Below are positions 15,372 through 24,808 of a stretch of DNA of 24,808 nt, piece by piece (position 1 is the first letter of the stretch; every line of letters starts with the position of its first letter). Under the pieces are notes generated by a model. It had not been told where the DNA came from, searched no databases, and worked only from the letters and a program-made list of their open reading frames with translations. This DNA comes from a virus (Duplodnaviria > Caudoviricetes): positions 1 to 24,808 of the IMG/VR virus record IMGVR_UViG_3300028892_001441; one strand, given 5' to 3'. The translations under genes and the position numbers were made by a program.

Positions 15372-18152
15372 TTATTCAGTAAGAGAGGACTCTTCTACCT
15401 TGGGGAATATCGCAGCTATGAGTTCCAACAAGATAAGAGGCATCCCGCCCGCCACCAGGGTAACGCCAGCCCCGTAAGCCGCAGAAGAATCTACCGGTTT
15501 GTTGGTTGCAGACATTAGGCCCGACACAATCCCTGCGGTTCCAGCTTCGACCAAAACAAGCCCTGACAACGAGGGCAATGTGAACATAGAAAGGGCATTC
15601 AACAAGGCACGGATCATGTTGATAAGAGCTTGAAGCTGGTAGATACGGGCTTGGATTGCTTCGATGTAAGCGATGATTTTATCAATCATCCCTTGGAGCA
15701 TGTCCAAGATTCCCAACAAGAACTTCTCGATCTTGTCCAACAATTCTTCCAGTGGGACAAGTTGATTCCCCAAGATACGAAAGGCGACCCATTCGCTATC
15801 CCCTACTCCCCGCAAAAGACCGACAGACGCTATTTGGAGGACTTCTGCCGCTGATGTACCAAGTTTCTTCGTGGCATCATCTTGGGCCTGATCGTAGTCA
15901 TAGATCACATTCCGAATAAAAGCGGAGGACTTCTGCTCGGAGTCGTCGGAGTAGAAAATAGGGGAGAAATCCGCACTGCCCTCTCCCATGACAAAGTTTG
16001 TATGCGCCATGGTTCCCACACTCTGAGAAATAATAAGCGAATCCGACACCATGAATGACCAACCCCGTGCCGGACCAGGGGTCGTAGATTTTGGGCTGTC
16101 AACCGTGATGCCGCCGCTGCTCGTGTACCACTGTTCTAAGGTTTCTTTAGGAAGGCTACGACACATAGGGTTGGCCCCTATCCCATACAAATCGGTTTCG
16201 GATGGCTTATCGTCATGACTCCCGAACCCGATGAAATTCATAAGGGTTCCCCCTTTCATCAGGAGCCTCCAAGTGGGGTCATATTCGTATACCAGCGTGC
16301 TCACCTCTATACCCACAAGGGTGTCGTAATGCGCTACAACCAAGTCTATCAACTCATCTGTGGGAGGGCCTGCTTCGATGAGCTTACGGGCTACTAATAG
16401 GAGAACATTTTTTACTTTCTTCCTGAAAGTATCGGGATACACCCCATTGAAAAATCTGGGTGTCACGTTGAACAGAGGGAATGCTTTTTGCGCGAAGTCT
16501 CTCAAGGAAGAAGGAAAGCCAGCCGCAGTACCGGATCGGAACCACGGTGCCACACACCCCGTTGAAAAAACTTCACTTCTTTTTATGGCACCCGCCCCTT
16601 CCTTTCCGGCCAGCCTTGCCTTGATCTCCTCATTGGCGGTACCGGCATAGGCGATAAAATAGTCTTCCACAGGGTTGTCGGGGTTGTAGAAAGCACCTGA
16701 CGGTAACTCCAACCTACACAGGATAGTGATCAAGATCGCCGCTTGGACGGTTTCGATGTACTTCCCCATCTTTTCGTTGGGCATCGAAAATTCAAGAGAC
16801 TGGCTCGGGGCACTCATACACAAAGTGAAGTCTGGGCCATTTGACCCCATTGGAAGAACAGGCTTCAAAAGAGCGGTTTTGGCTGCGGTGAGGGATTCAA
16901 CTGTGAAATTCCATAATGGAAGATCCCCGAGTTTAAGAACATAAGGATCTGCGATTGTTCCAGATCCAACACTCAAGTATCGGCCCTCTACATAATCATT
17001 GATGTCCTTCCCTATTGCGCGAACCCGTACAGAATAAGGGCCTCTAAACAAGGGTTCGTCATGCAGGGTGACCATATCAGAACCCATTTTCCACTTCTTA
17101 GGAAGATGTTGGGTTTTCACCACAACGGAAAATTCCTGGGAGGGGAGAACCGATGACATAAACCCAGCTTTTACATAGAAAGCTGCCCCGTTCACCCCCT
17201 CCACTGCCGCATCTCCAATAAGCCACGGGATGCTGTTAGAGTCACTCATCAAGTAGAGATTCACACACTGGGGATTATTGTAAGAAAGAGTCGCTAAGGT
17301 TCCTATGCTTGGGCCGAAAAGGGTTGCCCCGCTGTAAGAGCGCAACACCCCATTAGTAGTAGGATCAGTCGCAGGCCGCCATACCGAAGGAGGCACATTG
17401 GGATTACTGCTTAAATCATCCCGAGGAATGCGCCCGACCACACCCTGCCCATCAGGGAATGTGCTTATCTCAATGAGAAATCCTTTGGGTTGAGGGGTGA
17501 ATCCAAAGAATCCTCGCGGGGGAGGAATGCTCCAAGAAATCTTGACAGAATCAGGCACACCGTCTGAAAACGACGCCTCACTTAATGCGGAGTAGCCCGT
17601 AAGCCCTAGGACATTGGTGGTTACTCCGTAAGTGATGCCCAAATTGACCGGGGCTGGAAAAGGAGACACATCCCCAAGCTGCCCAAAGAATTTGAGGAGG
17701 CGTAGAATAAAGGCAATCAACTCTCCAATATCCTGAGAAGACATATAAAAGAAAACTGCCATCACACCGCTTGAGGTGGTGAAGTCAGGTCTATTAGGAT
17801 CTCTCGTATCTAAAAGACGCCGCAAGGACCGTCTCTCAAACGCAGAAAAACCTCCCCTCAACTCCAAGAAGGGGGATTTACAAAGACCTATATCCCCGAT
17901 GAAGTACCCACCAAGATTCTTTAGATCATGGATGATGTTCCTGATCTCTGCGATGATGGCTTCAATGATGGCCCGAATAGGATCCAGAAACCCAAGCAAG
18001 AACGCTTTGATGACGTTCAGAATAACCTGCACGATATTCAAAATCGCGATGAGAGCGGATAAAACCCCATCAATAGCCGCAATGACCTTATTTACGGGTT
18101 CCAGCAACTTGCTGAGATCAGGCTGTATAGTGACCCATTCTTTGTCAGCCAT
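15372..18152 (-). CDS. 926-aa probable tail/baseplate protein with amphipathic helical termini
   Basis: Long I/L-rich amphipathic helices at both ends flank a central globular region; GGAGG RBS; structural gene context. Confidence 0.8.
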   Translation of the reverse strand: MADKEWVTIQPDLSKLLEPVNKVIAAIDGVLSALIAILNIVQVILNVIKAFLLGFLDPIRAIIEAIIAEIRNIIHDLKNLGGYFIGDIGLCKSPFLELRGGFSAFERRSLRRLLDTRDPNRPDFTTSSGVMAVFFYMSSQDIGELIAFILRLLKFFGQLGDVSPFPAPVNLGITYGVTTNVLGLTGYSALSEASFSDGVPDSVKISWSIPPPRGFFGFTPQPKGFLIEISTFPDGQGVVGRIPRDDLSSNPNVPPSVWRPATDPTTNGVLRSYSGATLFGPSIGTLATLSYNNPQCVNLYLMSDSNSIPWLIGDAAVEGVNGAAFYVKAGFMSSVLPSQEFSVVVKTQHLPKKWKMGSDMVTLHDEPLFRGPYSVRVRAIGKDINDYVEGRYLSVGSGTIADPYVLKLGDLPLWNFTVESLTAAKTALLKPVLPMGSNGPDFTLCMSAPSQSLEFSMPNEKMGKYIETVQAAILITILCRLELPSGAFYNPDNPVEDYFIAYAGTANEEIKARLAGKEGAGAIKRSEVFSTGCVAPWFRSGTAAGFPSSLRDFAQKAFPLFNVTPRFFNGVYPDTFRKKVKNVLLLVARKLIEAGPPTDELIDLVVAHYDTLVGIEVSTLVYEYDPTWRLLMKGGTLMNFIGFGSHDDKPSETDLYGIGANPMCRSLPKETLEQWYTSSGGITVDSPKSTTPGPARGWSFMVSDSLIISQSVGTMAHTNFVMGEGSADFSPIFYSDDSEQKSSAFIRNVIYDYDQAQDDATKKLGTSAAEVLQIASVGLLRGVGDSEWVAFRILGNQLVPLEELLDKIEKFLLGILDMLQGMIDKIIAYIEAIQARIYQLQALINMIRALLNALSMFTLPSLSGLVLVEAGTAGIVSGLMSATNKPVDSSAAYGAGVTLVAGGMPLILLELIAAIFPKVEESSLTE

Positions 18153-18155
18153 AGA

Positions 18156-18383
18156 TCACCCCCCTCCACCATGCTTCAAGCGTTGGAGGGCGATATGCAA
18201 TTCAGCCAGCTTTTGTTGATCCTCTAATACTTGTTGCTCAAGTATTTTCTCAATATTCCCCAGGAGCTTCTTCTGCTTTTCCACAATGGGAGATTTAGCA
18301 TCCTGCTCCGGGCGGTCGTCCCATTTCCCATCCACAGGAACCCCTGCTTCACGCAGCTTTTTCCGCATTTCCTCGGGGGTCAT
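18156..18383 (-). CDS. small coiled-coil protein (75 aa)
   Basis: AGGAG RBS; heptad-like C-terminal half; 3-nt gap to the next gene. Confidence 0.8.
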   Translation of the reverse strand: MTPEEMRKKLREAGVPVDGKWDDRPEQDAKSPIVEKQKKLLGNIEKILEQQVLEDQQKLAELHIALQRLKHGGGG

Positions 18384-18410
18384 TGGACACTCTCCTACAG
18401 AGTTGGTTCG

Positions 18411-18425
18411 ACAAACACCCTACCG
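18411..18425 (-). promoter_or_regulatory. putative phage late promoter motif CGGT-AGGGTG-TTTGT
   Basis: Variant copy (TTTGT) with the same spacing, in the gap upstream of ORF 18383. Confidence 0.5.
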
Positions 18426-18448
18426 ACCAGAAGGGGGAGGGGGTTCGC

Positions 18449-21400
18449 CTATGAACCTAATGACTTTTGTTGCTCGATAAGTTCAAGCTGCTTCCGCAAA
18501 TTGCGTGGAAGTCTTCTCTTTGCTCTGCGTGCCACTACGATAGACCCGTCTTGTCGATCAGCCCGGAAAGCGATCCATGAGTAGCGAAGCTCACGCAGCT
18601 TATCGTTGTTGTCCAAAATGTCATTTATGTACCCAATCAGCACAGGACGTTGCCCAAAGGTTCCGGTGCTGAAAGCGGTGTAGGCAAACGTAGCTGGAGC
18701 CGGGGGGATTTCGCTATCCAAAGTGAAATCCAGAATCCAGAATCGTCGGCCTAAAACACTCAGGCAGTCATCGGTGTTGGCATAAGGACTATATTCTTTC
18801 AAGCCCCGGAAACTCGTCAAGACACGGTTGGTCAAAAGCCCAAGACCAGAAGAAGGCAGCAAACTATTCCCCAGATCATCAATCTGGTCCTCCTGCTGGA
18901 AGATGTAGTAGCTTCCTGATTTATCGTAAATACCATCAATCTCTTCCATCCACGAAAGCAACCGCTCCCGCATAAAGAGAATGGTGTCCGTCGCTTCGGG
19001 GCTAAAGAGCGTGGAGGGACGGATGATTTTGTATCCGAAAGGCTGAACACTCCGGTACAAATTCAGCGCAGGACTATCCGTTGTTCGCTCGCGGTAGACC
19101 AATGTGCCGCTTCCATCATCCACAGGAGGAGCCGTAGGACGGAGCCCTTGCTGACCTTCTCTGCTATCCGTTGCTGAGGTCAGTAAAGAACCATGCACGG
19201 TGGGCAGTACAACGTATTCCGAGTTGAAAGGTGTTCCCCCACTTACCCCTTCCATGCCGAACACTATGTCGTCAGACCCATCTTGGGCATTCCCAGCGAA
19301 AATACAGGCTCCCGAGAGAGGGAGAATAACGGGGTAGTCCTCATCCAATTCCCCTACCTTGTAAAAGCCTCGGTTATCGTCTGTAATGGCTTGCGGATAG
19401 ACGATGTGTTCTGGTGTCCGACCATCGACTGATTGATCTCCGATGGGGCGTGTTCCCATTTCAATTTTCTTGTCGTAAAGAGGCCCTGCGGGATCTACGA
19501 TGAGGTAATCGTTGGCCTGTACTCCAACCGCCTCCCAACTATCGTAAGTACCGGTGGGGCTGATATCGGGATCTTGAAGCCCGTGTGGGGTGGCATCTAC
19601 CGGGTAGCCGTCCACAAATCCACCGTCTACTGGTGTCACAGCAGCCTCAGGATAGGTAACAGAACGGCTATACACCACTTCTTCTGTCAGAAGATCCAGC
19701 AGTTGTTCATTGGATTGTTCATGGGGAACAAAGGGCTGCCTCAAGTAAACCTCAAAAGAGGTCGCCGTTGCTAAATCAGCGGTAAGGCCGGGACGGTGAA
19801 GAATGAGGGTGGTGGTTCCATCCACCTTCTGAATCTCAGCCTCGTCCATCAAGGTGCCATTCGTATCAAACACCCTGAGGGTGTCACCGGGGTTGATGTT
19901 TACTTCCTCTACATCAAAGGCTCCCAGATTAGTAGCGGCCCCGTAAGTCGCTATTCCTGCGGTAAAAGTACGAGTGGCAACGGCATAACTATCGAAATCA
20001 CCGCGCCGAATCTTATAGAGATACCGTAGTTTTTCCAAGTATCCAGTGACGGTTGCTTGGGCATCATGGAAGCGTCGAATCCGACGAACATAGAAGGAAA
20101 CAGGTTCCCAAGTATCCGTGTAGGTGCTGAAATCGCTTGCTGACCGAGTACCCAAAACGTCAGTATAAGTACCCGTTAGCGGATGGCTGGCCGTAACCAC
20201 ATGAGGCTGAGGAGCACCAAGCATCCTGATATCTGTGGTCGGTTTCGGGAAGGAGGGCTCCATGAACACCCCTGCCAGCAACACCAAACCGTCAACAGTG
20301 GGGAGAGCGGTAGGACCGAGACTATCAGCGGCTTTCCATATATCGCCAGGGAGAAGACACTGTAATCTATTGGTCGGTGGCGGGTAGGCTGGGACTGTAG
20401 GATCATATGTAAAATGAATATAGTCCCACTGTTGGTCAGCAAAACCACCAACACTGACCAAAAGGGGCACCCCGGAGTGGACACTATTAGTAGGGGTCAG
20501 ATTGCGTGTGTTAAATCTCCCATAAAGAACCCTTTTCTTCTCCTCCACAAAGGCTTGGCTCGTCTGAGGGTCACGGAACTTAATATCGAAGGCTCGGGCA
20601 GGACTGATGTTGAACGTGCTGCCCGATCTAATCGGTTGAGGATCGGTAATGGGTGGAAGTGTGGCTGCGGGAGGGCTAAAAGTCAACATCGGCTCGGGTC
20701 GAGCCAGCGAGGCACTGTCTCTAAGCAAGCGGTTACCGATGGTCATGTACGCAAAACCGAAAGTGGCGTCGTCCCCTGCGCTCGTAAGGTCGAGACCCAC
20801 AACATTGTTGGAAGGGAAACCCGCGTAATCGGTAACCTCGTCTTGGAGCGCCCCAACCATAAAACGAATCATTCCAGAAATAGTGGTGCCCGAGATAATT
20901 TTAGGAGCAAAGTCCTCCAGTGCCACATCCACATCCTCAGCGTCTTTAGCCGGAGCGGATACATCAAGCACCATTGTGGCAGTCGTCTCTCCTATCACTT
21001 GCGTGTAAGAAGTGAAGTCAATGGAATAAACAGAGGTGGGAACTACGGTATAGCGATCTGCCGGTACAACTATGGTTGAGTCGTAAGTGGCGTATTGAGC
21101 ATCAAAGATAAAGTAAACCCTCCCAGTCCCCGCAAAGGGTCGGAAAATATTTTGGGATGGGGGGAGGGGGAAAACATCCGGGTCATCAAGATTTAGCGCC
21201 TTGGGAACATTCTTTAGATTGAGGGTCATGGCCGTGACGTTGCCAGACCCGTCATAAGTGACATCCAACGACCCTACTTCTGGGAACCTCAGATCAAAGA
21301 GCCCCTTATTACCAGCAGAAACTTCTGCCTCCCCATCGTCTACTCCAGATTCATATGCGGAATAGACTTCACCACTGGACCCGGCAAACGTGGTGGTGGA

Positions 21401-24400
21401 TGGAATTGCATGACGTACCAAGTAGGTGCCAGTTTTAGTAGCTCCGTAGGTTTCTTCCCGAATGAGGTTTTCATCAGCCCCTTCGACCACCACAATGTCG
21501 CCACTCTCAATGCGGGCTAAATTTCCATTGAAAGTAGTCAGATTGGTGATCCACGGCTTGATCCCCAAGGGAGTTACCGTATAGTCGGAATCATAGAAGT
21601 CCCCTCGGGCCGTGTAGATGTCATAGGCCGCTGCATCCCGTAAGTTAGATGACGGAGCGGATGAGAAAATAAGCCCTGAAGCTCCTCCTGTAAGGGGTGC
21701 GTTATCATTCCCTTCCCAAGACATCGCTCGGACGGTGCCTACCTCATCCCCTGCGCCGGGAGCAGTAGCGGGAGTAAAAGTACCTACATACTCGTTTCCT
21801 CCAGACCACCGTTCCAAGAAAGTGAGGTATGTACCCCCATTCATTGAGGTCGCAGAATTTATGGTGCTGAGATACGACGGAGGGCCAGCGATGTATCCCA
21901 TAGGGGATACGGCGACATTCAACTGCATTCCCAAATCATCGCCCCCAACACCATCACCGGGATGCGTAGAGCGGGGTAAGGCCCACTCCATCGCTACTGC
22001 TTCACTGAAAGTCAGCCTATCTCGACCAATAAAAGCTGTTGCGCTGCCGTCCCCCGAAGGAGAGACAATAGCCCCCCCAGTAGCGGCGGCAGTATCAGCG
22101 TCAATGTAGGTATCCAGAGAGATGGTGTAGTCGTAGTGTGCTGTTGGATCGAGCCCTAACTGGAGCAGCACGGAGCTTGTGGTATTGATAACCACAGTCC
22201 CCGTCGTTGCTGTGTCAATAACTGCCAAGACCTGTGTGGGAACCCCCGTGTTCCAATACGGCATCGGAATGACGCCGCCACCAACATCCACATAAAGATT
22301 AGTGAGGGGAGAGGCGCTTGCCCTCGTAATCACCACTCTCCCCAACCAAGCGGCTGCTCCCGATATATTCGGGTCCGGGTCATAGATATTGATGATGACA
22401 GCATTGTTGTTAGAGGCAACAGAGAACCCTGCCACCCCTAAGATTTCTGCGACACCCCCCTCATCAAAAGTGGTCCCGTTCCCGTCATTAAGGGTGATGC
22501 CGGTAAAGGAAAACGTGGTCTGGAAACCGGCAACAGGAACAGTAAGAGTGGTCTCCGTTACCTGTACTCCAGTATTCAACGGTCCTTTATGCCCATACAG
22601 GTTGTTCACCGTGTACCAATGGAGATGACCTCTATGAGTAGGGCTGATAAAGCGTGGGATCTCAATGGTAGATTGGGCGGTTCCGGTGCCGGTGTGTCCC
22701 GCTGTATCACCTACGGTTTGAATCCCTGTGCCTCCCACAAAGGGCATGTCGGACTGATCGGCAGCTTGCACAAACAGCAGATCCCCGCGACGTAAATCCC
22801 CCTCCCCGCTTTCAGCGGTGTAGGTTCCCGCCGTTTCCACAGGACGCACATCTTGTGCGGTGTATAGAGTTGCCGGATTCTGATCTACGGTCGTGGCAGT
22901 AAACTCGGTGATATTGCCATCGGTCCCTAAAATCTCATCAGGGTAAACAGACAAAAAGTCGTAGCTCGGATCGATGACCTGTAGCTCTATGGCGGGAACC
23001 TGTAAGAAATCAGGAATATTGTGAGTCGGTAAAGGCGCGTCGGCTAACACGCTAAAAGCTGAGGCACCCACGTTCTTGAGAACCACCAATTCACTATCGG
23101 CTGATCGCAGATAAGGGATGGTTATCTCCCCAGAATCATCTGCTGCCTCACCCTTCAAACACGGTAATTGAAGGGGTGCCTCATCAGTATTGATAAACTC
23201 CGCTACCCCTTCAATTGCAGAAAGAGGGGAAGGAGGGTTCTGGCCCAACCATGACTGAAGGGGGAGTGGAAAATCATCTTTGTCATCGGGAAGAGACAGA
23301 TCAATGATGGCCCCGCTCTTATTACGAGCCTTTACATCGAAACCCATTCGATAGTCAGGGATGCTGCCGCTGAATTGCCCGGATTGCTCCATGGTAGGGC
23401 TATCCCCAGAACCCGGAATATCTCCTTCTGTGGGAAACGCTACGGGAGGAACGACATAGATAGTATCCCCTTGGACCGGCTCCCATTCCCCTGCGATACC
23501 AGTCAAAGAAGTGGAAATCCGTGAAGCAGAGGTGATGCCAGCGTTATCAGATGCCCGTTTCAGCGTAATAACGAAACCGTCGATAATCTCATCCACCAAC
23601 ACAAACGTATTGTCGGCTGTCTCGTACAGGGAAAAGGTCTGGCCGTTGGGGGTGCCAAAAGCAACGCGATCACCCGAAACGAACCCTGGCGTAGACTGGT
23701 CTGCATCCCCGCTCACAAGATCAGCAAAGGCCCCTCCACCGCTAATCAGAAGGGGGGCATCCGGTACGCCAGTCGTGGGATCAATAGGAAATTCGGAAAA
23801 CGGTAAGGGCGTGGCAACAAGAGTAGGGCCTGAGGTGGAGGAACTCCCTCCCGAATACCCCTTAGGGTGGTACTCCCAAATACGAGCCCTTGCTAAACGA
23901 GGCTGGATGGAGACATCAGTAAGCCGTGTCAATTCCTCCAAAGCCGGATTGGAAAGCTGCCCGATAGGACGCCCTATCGTCCGTGCCGTTGTGGTTTGCG
24001 TCTCCCCAGGGTTCGGGCCTGGAACTTCTTGCTTACGGCCAAAGGAGTAGTAGCCGGGGTTGCTGAAACCACCAGAAACGGGATCAACTACTGACTCCAA
24101 GCCTGGGAAAAGACGCGAAAAGTGTTTGGTGCGTTCGGGATAGAGGCGAGAAAAATCATGGTTTTCCCACATTTCCTCATAGCGACCCCTGGTCGAAGGA
24201 ATAGGGAAAAGACCCAACAACATCTTAGGTCTTTTCAACCCGGTCAGAAGAATGTCGTCCATGTCATTTTTGACTCGGTACTTCTGACGATTGATAAAGA
24301 AATCGAGAAACACCGGGTTAGCCGCTTCGCCGTCTACTGATTGCGGTTCTTCTCCCGTGGGGTCCACCACCAAAGTCAACGGATTCACCACAGGGTCTTT

Positions 24401-24808
24401 TTGCTTGAAGTAGCCAGTACCCAAATCTGGACCCCACGAATCCAGAATGAACCTCCAAATAAGGCGGTTGTTCAGGTTACCGGTAATTTCATCTTCGTAG
24501 CCGGGAGGGTAGTACCGCTTGCCATGACCGATAAAGAAGCGGAACTTGCCGTCCTTATCTCCGATTAAGCGCCCATCAATGGTTTCCAGAACCTGCTCTA
24601 AGGCAACGATAGCCTCGTTGTAGAACTCGATGTAGGCGCGTGCGGCCCGGTCCTGATCATAGAGGTCAACCACCTCCGAACGCAGTCCCAAATTCCCTTC
24701 CTTGTGGAGAACCGGGCTACCCGGAAAAGCCAACATAGGGCCACCGGAAACACTGGACTGAGAAACCTTCTTCAAGGCTACTTCAGCTACGTCTGTCAGA
24801 TAGGAACT
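18449..24808 (-). CDS. giant virion structural protein, 5' partial (>2119 aa)
   Basis: The frame is open to the window edge (SSYLTDVAEVALKK...), so TTG 24775 is unlikely to be the true start. Acidic, T/G/P/D-rich beta-type composition; upstream of baseplate genes. Confidence 0.85.
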   Translation of the reverse strand, partial: SSYLTDVAEVALKKVSQSSVSGGPMLAFPGSPVLHKEGNLGLRSEVVDLYDQDRAARAYIEFYNEAIVALEQVLETIDGRLIGDKDGKFRFFIGHGKRYYPPGYEDEITGNLNNRLIWRFILDSWGPDLGTGYFKQKDPVVNPLTLVVDPTGEEPQSVDGEAANPVFLDFFINRQKYRVKNDMDDILLTGLKRPKMLLGLFPIPSTRGRYEEMWENHDFSRLYPERTKHFSRLFPGLESVVDPVSGGFSNPGYYSFGRKQEVPGPNPGETQTTTARTIGRPIGQLSNPALEELTRLTDVSIQPRLARARIWEYHPKGYSGGSSSTSGPTLVATPLPFSEFPIDPTTGVPDAPLLISGGGAFADLVSGDADQSTPGFVSGDRVAFGTPNGQTFSLYETADNTFVLVDEIIDGFVITLKRASDNAGITSASRISTSLTGIAGEWEPVQGDTIYVVPPVAFPTEGDIPGSGDSPTMEQSGQFSGSIPDYRMGFDVKARNKSGAIIDLSLPDDKDDFPLPLQSWLGQNPPSPLSAIEGVAEFINTDEAPLQLPCLKGEAADDSGEITIPYLRSADSELVVLKNVGASAFSVLADAPLPTHNIPDFLQVPAIELQVIDPSYDFLSVYPDEILGTDGNITEFTATTVDQNPATLYTAQDVRPVETAGTYTAESGEGDLRRGDLLFVQAADQSDMPFVGGTGIQTVGDTAGHTGTGTAQSTIEIPRFISPTHRGHLHWYTVNNLYGHKGPLNTGVQVTETTLTVPVAGFQTTFSFTGITLNDGNGTTFDEGGVAEILGVAGFSVASNNNAVIINIYDPDPNISGAAAWLGRVVITRASASPLTNLYVDVGGGVIPMPYWNTGVPTQVLAVIDTATTGTVVINTTSSVLLQLGLDPTAHYDYTISLDTYIDADTAAATGGAIVSPSGDGSATAFIGRDRLTFSEAVAMEWALPRSTHPGDGVGGDDLGMQLNVAVSPMGYIAGPPSYLSTINSATSMNGGTYLTFLERWSGGNEYVGTFTPATAPGAGDEVGTVRAMSWEGNDNAPLTGGASGLIFSSAPSSNLRDAAAYDIYTARGDFYDSDYTVTPLGIKPWITNLTTFNGNLARIESGDIVVVEGADENLIREETYGATKTGTYLVRHAIPSTTTFAGSSGEVYSAYESGVDDGEAEVSAGNKGLFDLRFPEVGSLDVTYDGSGNVTAMTLNLKNVPKALNLDDPDVFPLPPSQNIFRPFAGTGRVYFIFDAQYATYDSTIVVPADRYTVVPTSVYSIDFTSYTQVIGETTATMVLDVSAPAKDAEDVDVALEDFAPKIISGTTISGMIRFMVGALQDEVTDYAGFPSNNVVGLDLTSAGDDATFGFAYMTIGNRLLRDSASLARPEPMLTFSPPAATLPPITDPQPIRSGSTFNISPARAFDIKFRDPQTSQAFVEEKKRVLYGRFNTRNLTPTNSVHSGVPLLVSVGGFADQQWDYIHFTYDPTVPAYPPPTNRLQCLLPGDIWKAADSLGPTALPTVDGLVLLAGVFMEPSFPKPTTDIRMLGAPQPHVVTASHPLTGTYTDVLGTRSASDFSTYTDTWEPVSFYVRRIRRFHDAQATVTGYLEKLRYLYKIRRGDFDSYAVATRTFTAGIATYGAATNLGAFDVEEVNINPGDTLRVFDTNGTLMDEAEIQKVDGTTTLILHRPGLTADLATATSFEVYLRQPFVPHEQSNEQLLDLLTEEVVYSRSVTYPEAAVTPVDGGFVDGYPVDATPHGLQDPDISPTGTYDSWEAVGVQANDYLIVDPAGPLYDKKIEMGTRPIGDQSVDGRTPEHIVYPQAITDDNRGFYKVGELDEDYPVILPLSGACIFAGNAQDGSDDIVFGMEGVSGGTPFNSEYVVLPTVHGSLLTSATDSREGQQGLRPTAPPVDDGSGTLVYRERTTDSPALNLYRSVQPFGYKIIRPSTLFSPEATDTILFMRERLLSWMEEIDGIYDKSGSYYIFQQEDQIDDLGNSLLPSSGLGLLTNRVLTSFRGLKEYSPYANTDDCLSVLGRRFWILDFTLDSEIPPAPATFAYTAFSTGTFGQRPVLIGYINDILDNNDKLRELRYSWIAFRADRQDGSIVVARRAKRRLPRNLRKQLELIEQQKSLGS

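Noticed and set aside
20414-21079. 221-aa plus-strand ORF and the other + strand ORFs between 10 and 24.6 kb
   Set aside because: Antisense shadows of the long structural genes with implausible composition.
1-24808. Stop-codon reassignment
   Set aside because: Multi-kilobase ORFs are intact under the standard code, and TAA, TAG and TGA all end well-supported genes.
1-24808. CRISPR array, integrase/att site, transposase, intron or intein
   Set aside because: No regularly spaced repeats or diagnostic motifs were seen by eye; the tRNA has no adjacent integrase or duplicated 3' end.
9812-24808. Bacterial contractile injection system (eCIS/T6SS) rather than phage
   Set aside because: The flanking tRNA, HU, stand-alone sigma factor and dense small orphan ORFs with no housekeeping genes fit a large phage better; capsid genes are not in the window, so this is not proven.

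Overview
This window looks like a fragment of a large (jumbo-type) myovirus genome using the standard genetic code; host and taxonomy cannot be determined from the sequence alone. The right 15 kb is a minus-strand virion/baseplate module: a giant structural protein (>2119 aa, running off the window end), a small coiled-coil protein, a 926-aa protein with amphipathic termini, a 285-aa protein, a gp25/GPW-like wedge protein with an N-terminal extension and a 1153-aa baseplate J-like protein. The left 10 kb is accessory/regulatory: a sigma-70/ECF-like factor with an extra N-terminal domain, HU, tRNA-Asn(GTT), an FmdB-type zinc ribbon, a DUF3228-like protein and hypotheticals. The most interesting signal is a candidate virion-cargo system. 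A translationally coupled operon encodes three protein-modifying enzymes (transglutaminase/papain-like, GNAT, ADP-ribosyltransferase-like). These enzymes and a modular 731-aa protein carry shared short peptide tags outside their folded domains (S-x(0-2)-R-[VM]-A and DP..NRTA). Both loci sit behind the same fixed-spacing DNA motif (CGRT-N6-TYTRT) that also precedes structural genes. The motifs are seen directly; late expression, capsid packaging, proteolytic maturation and injection are inferences. All family assignments are by eye from motifs, with no database search.
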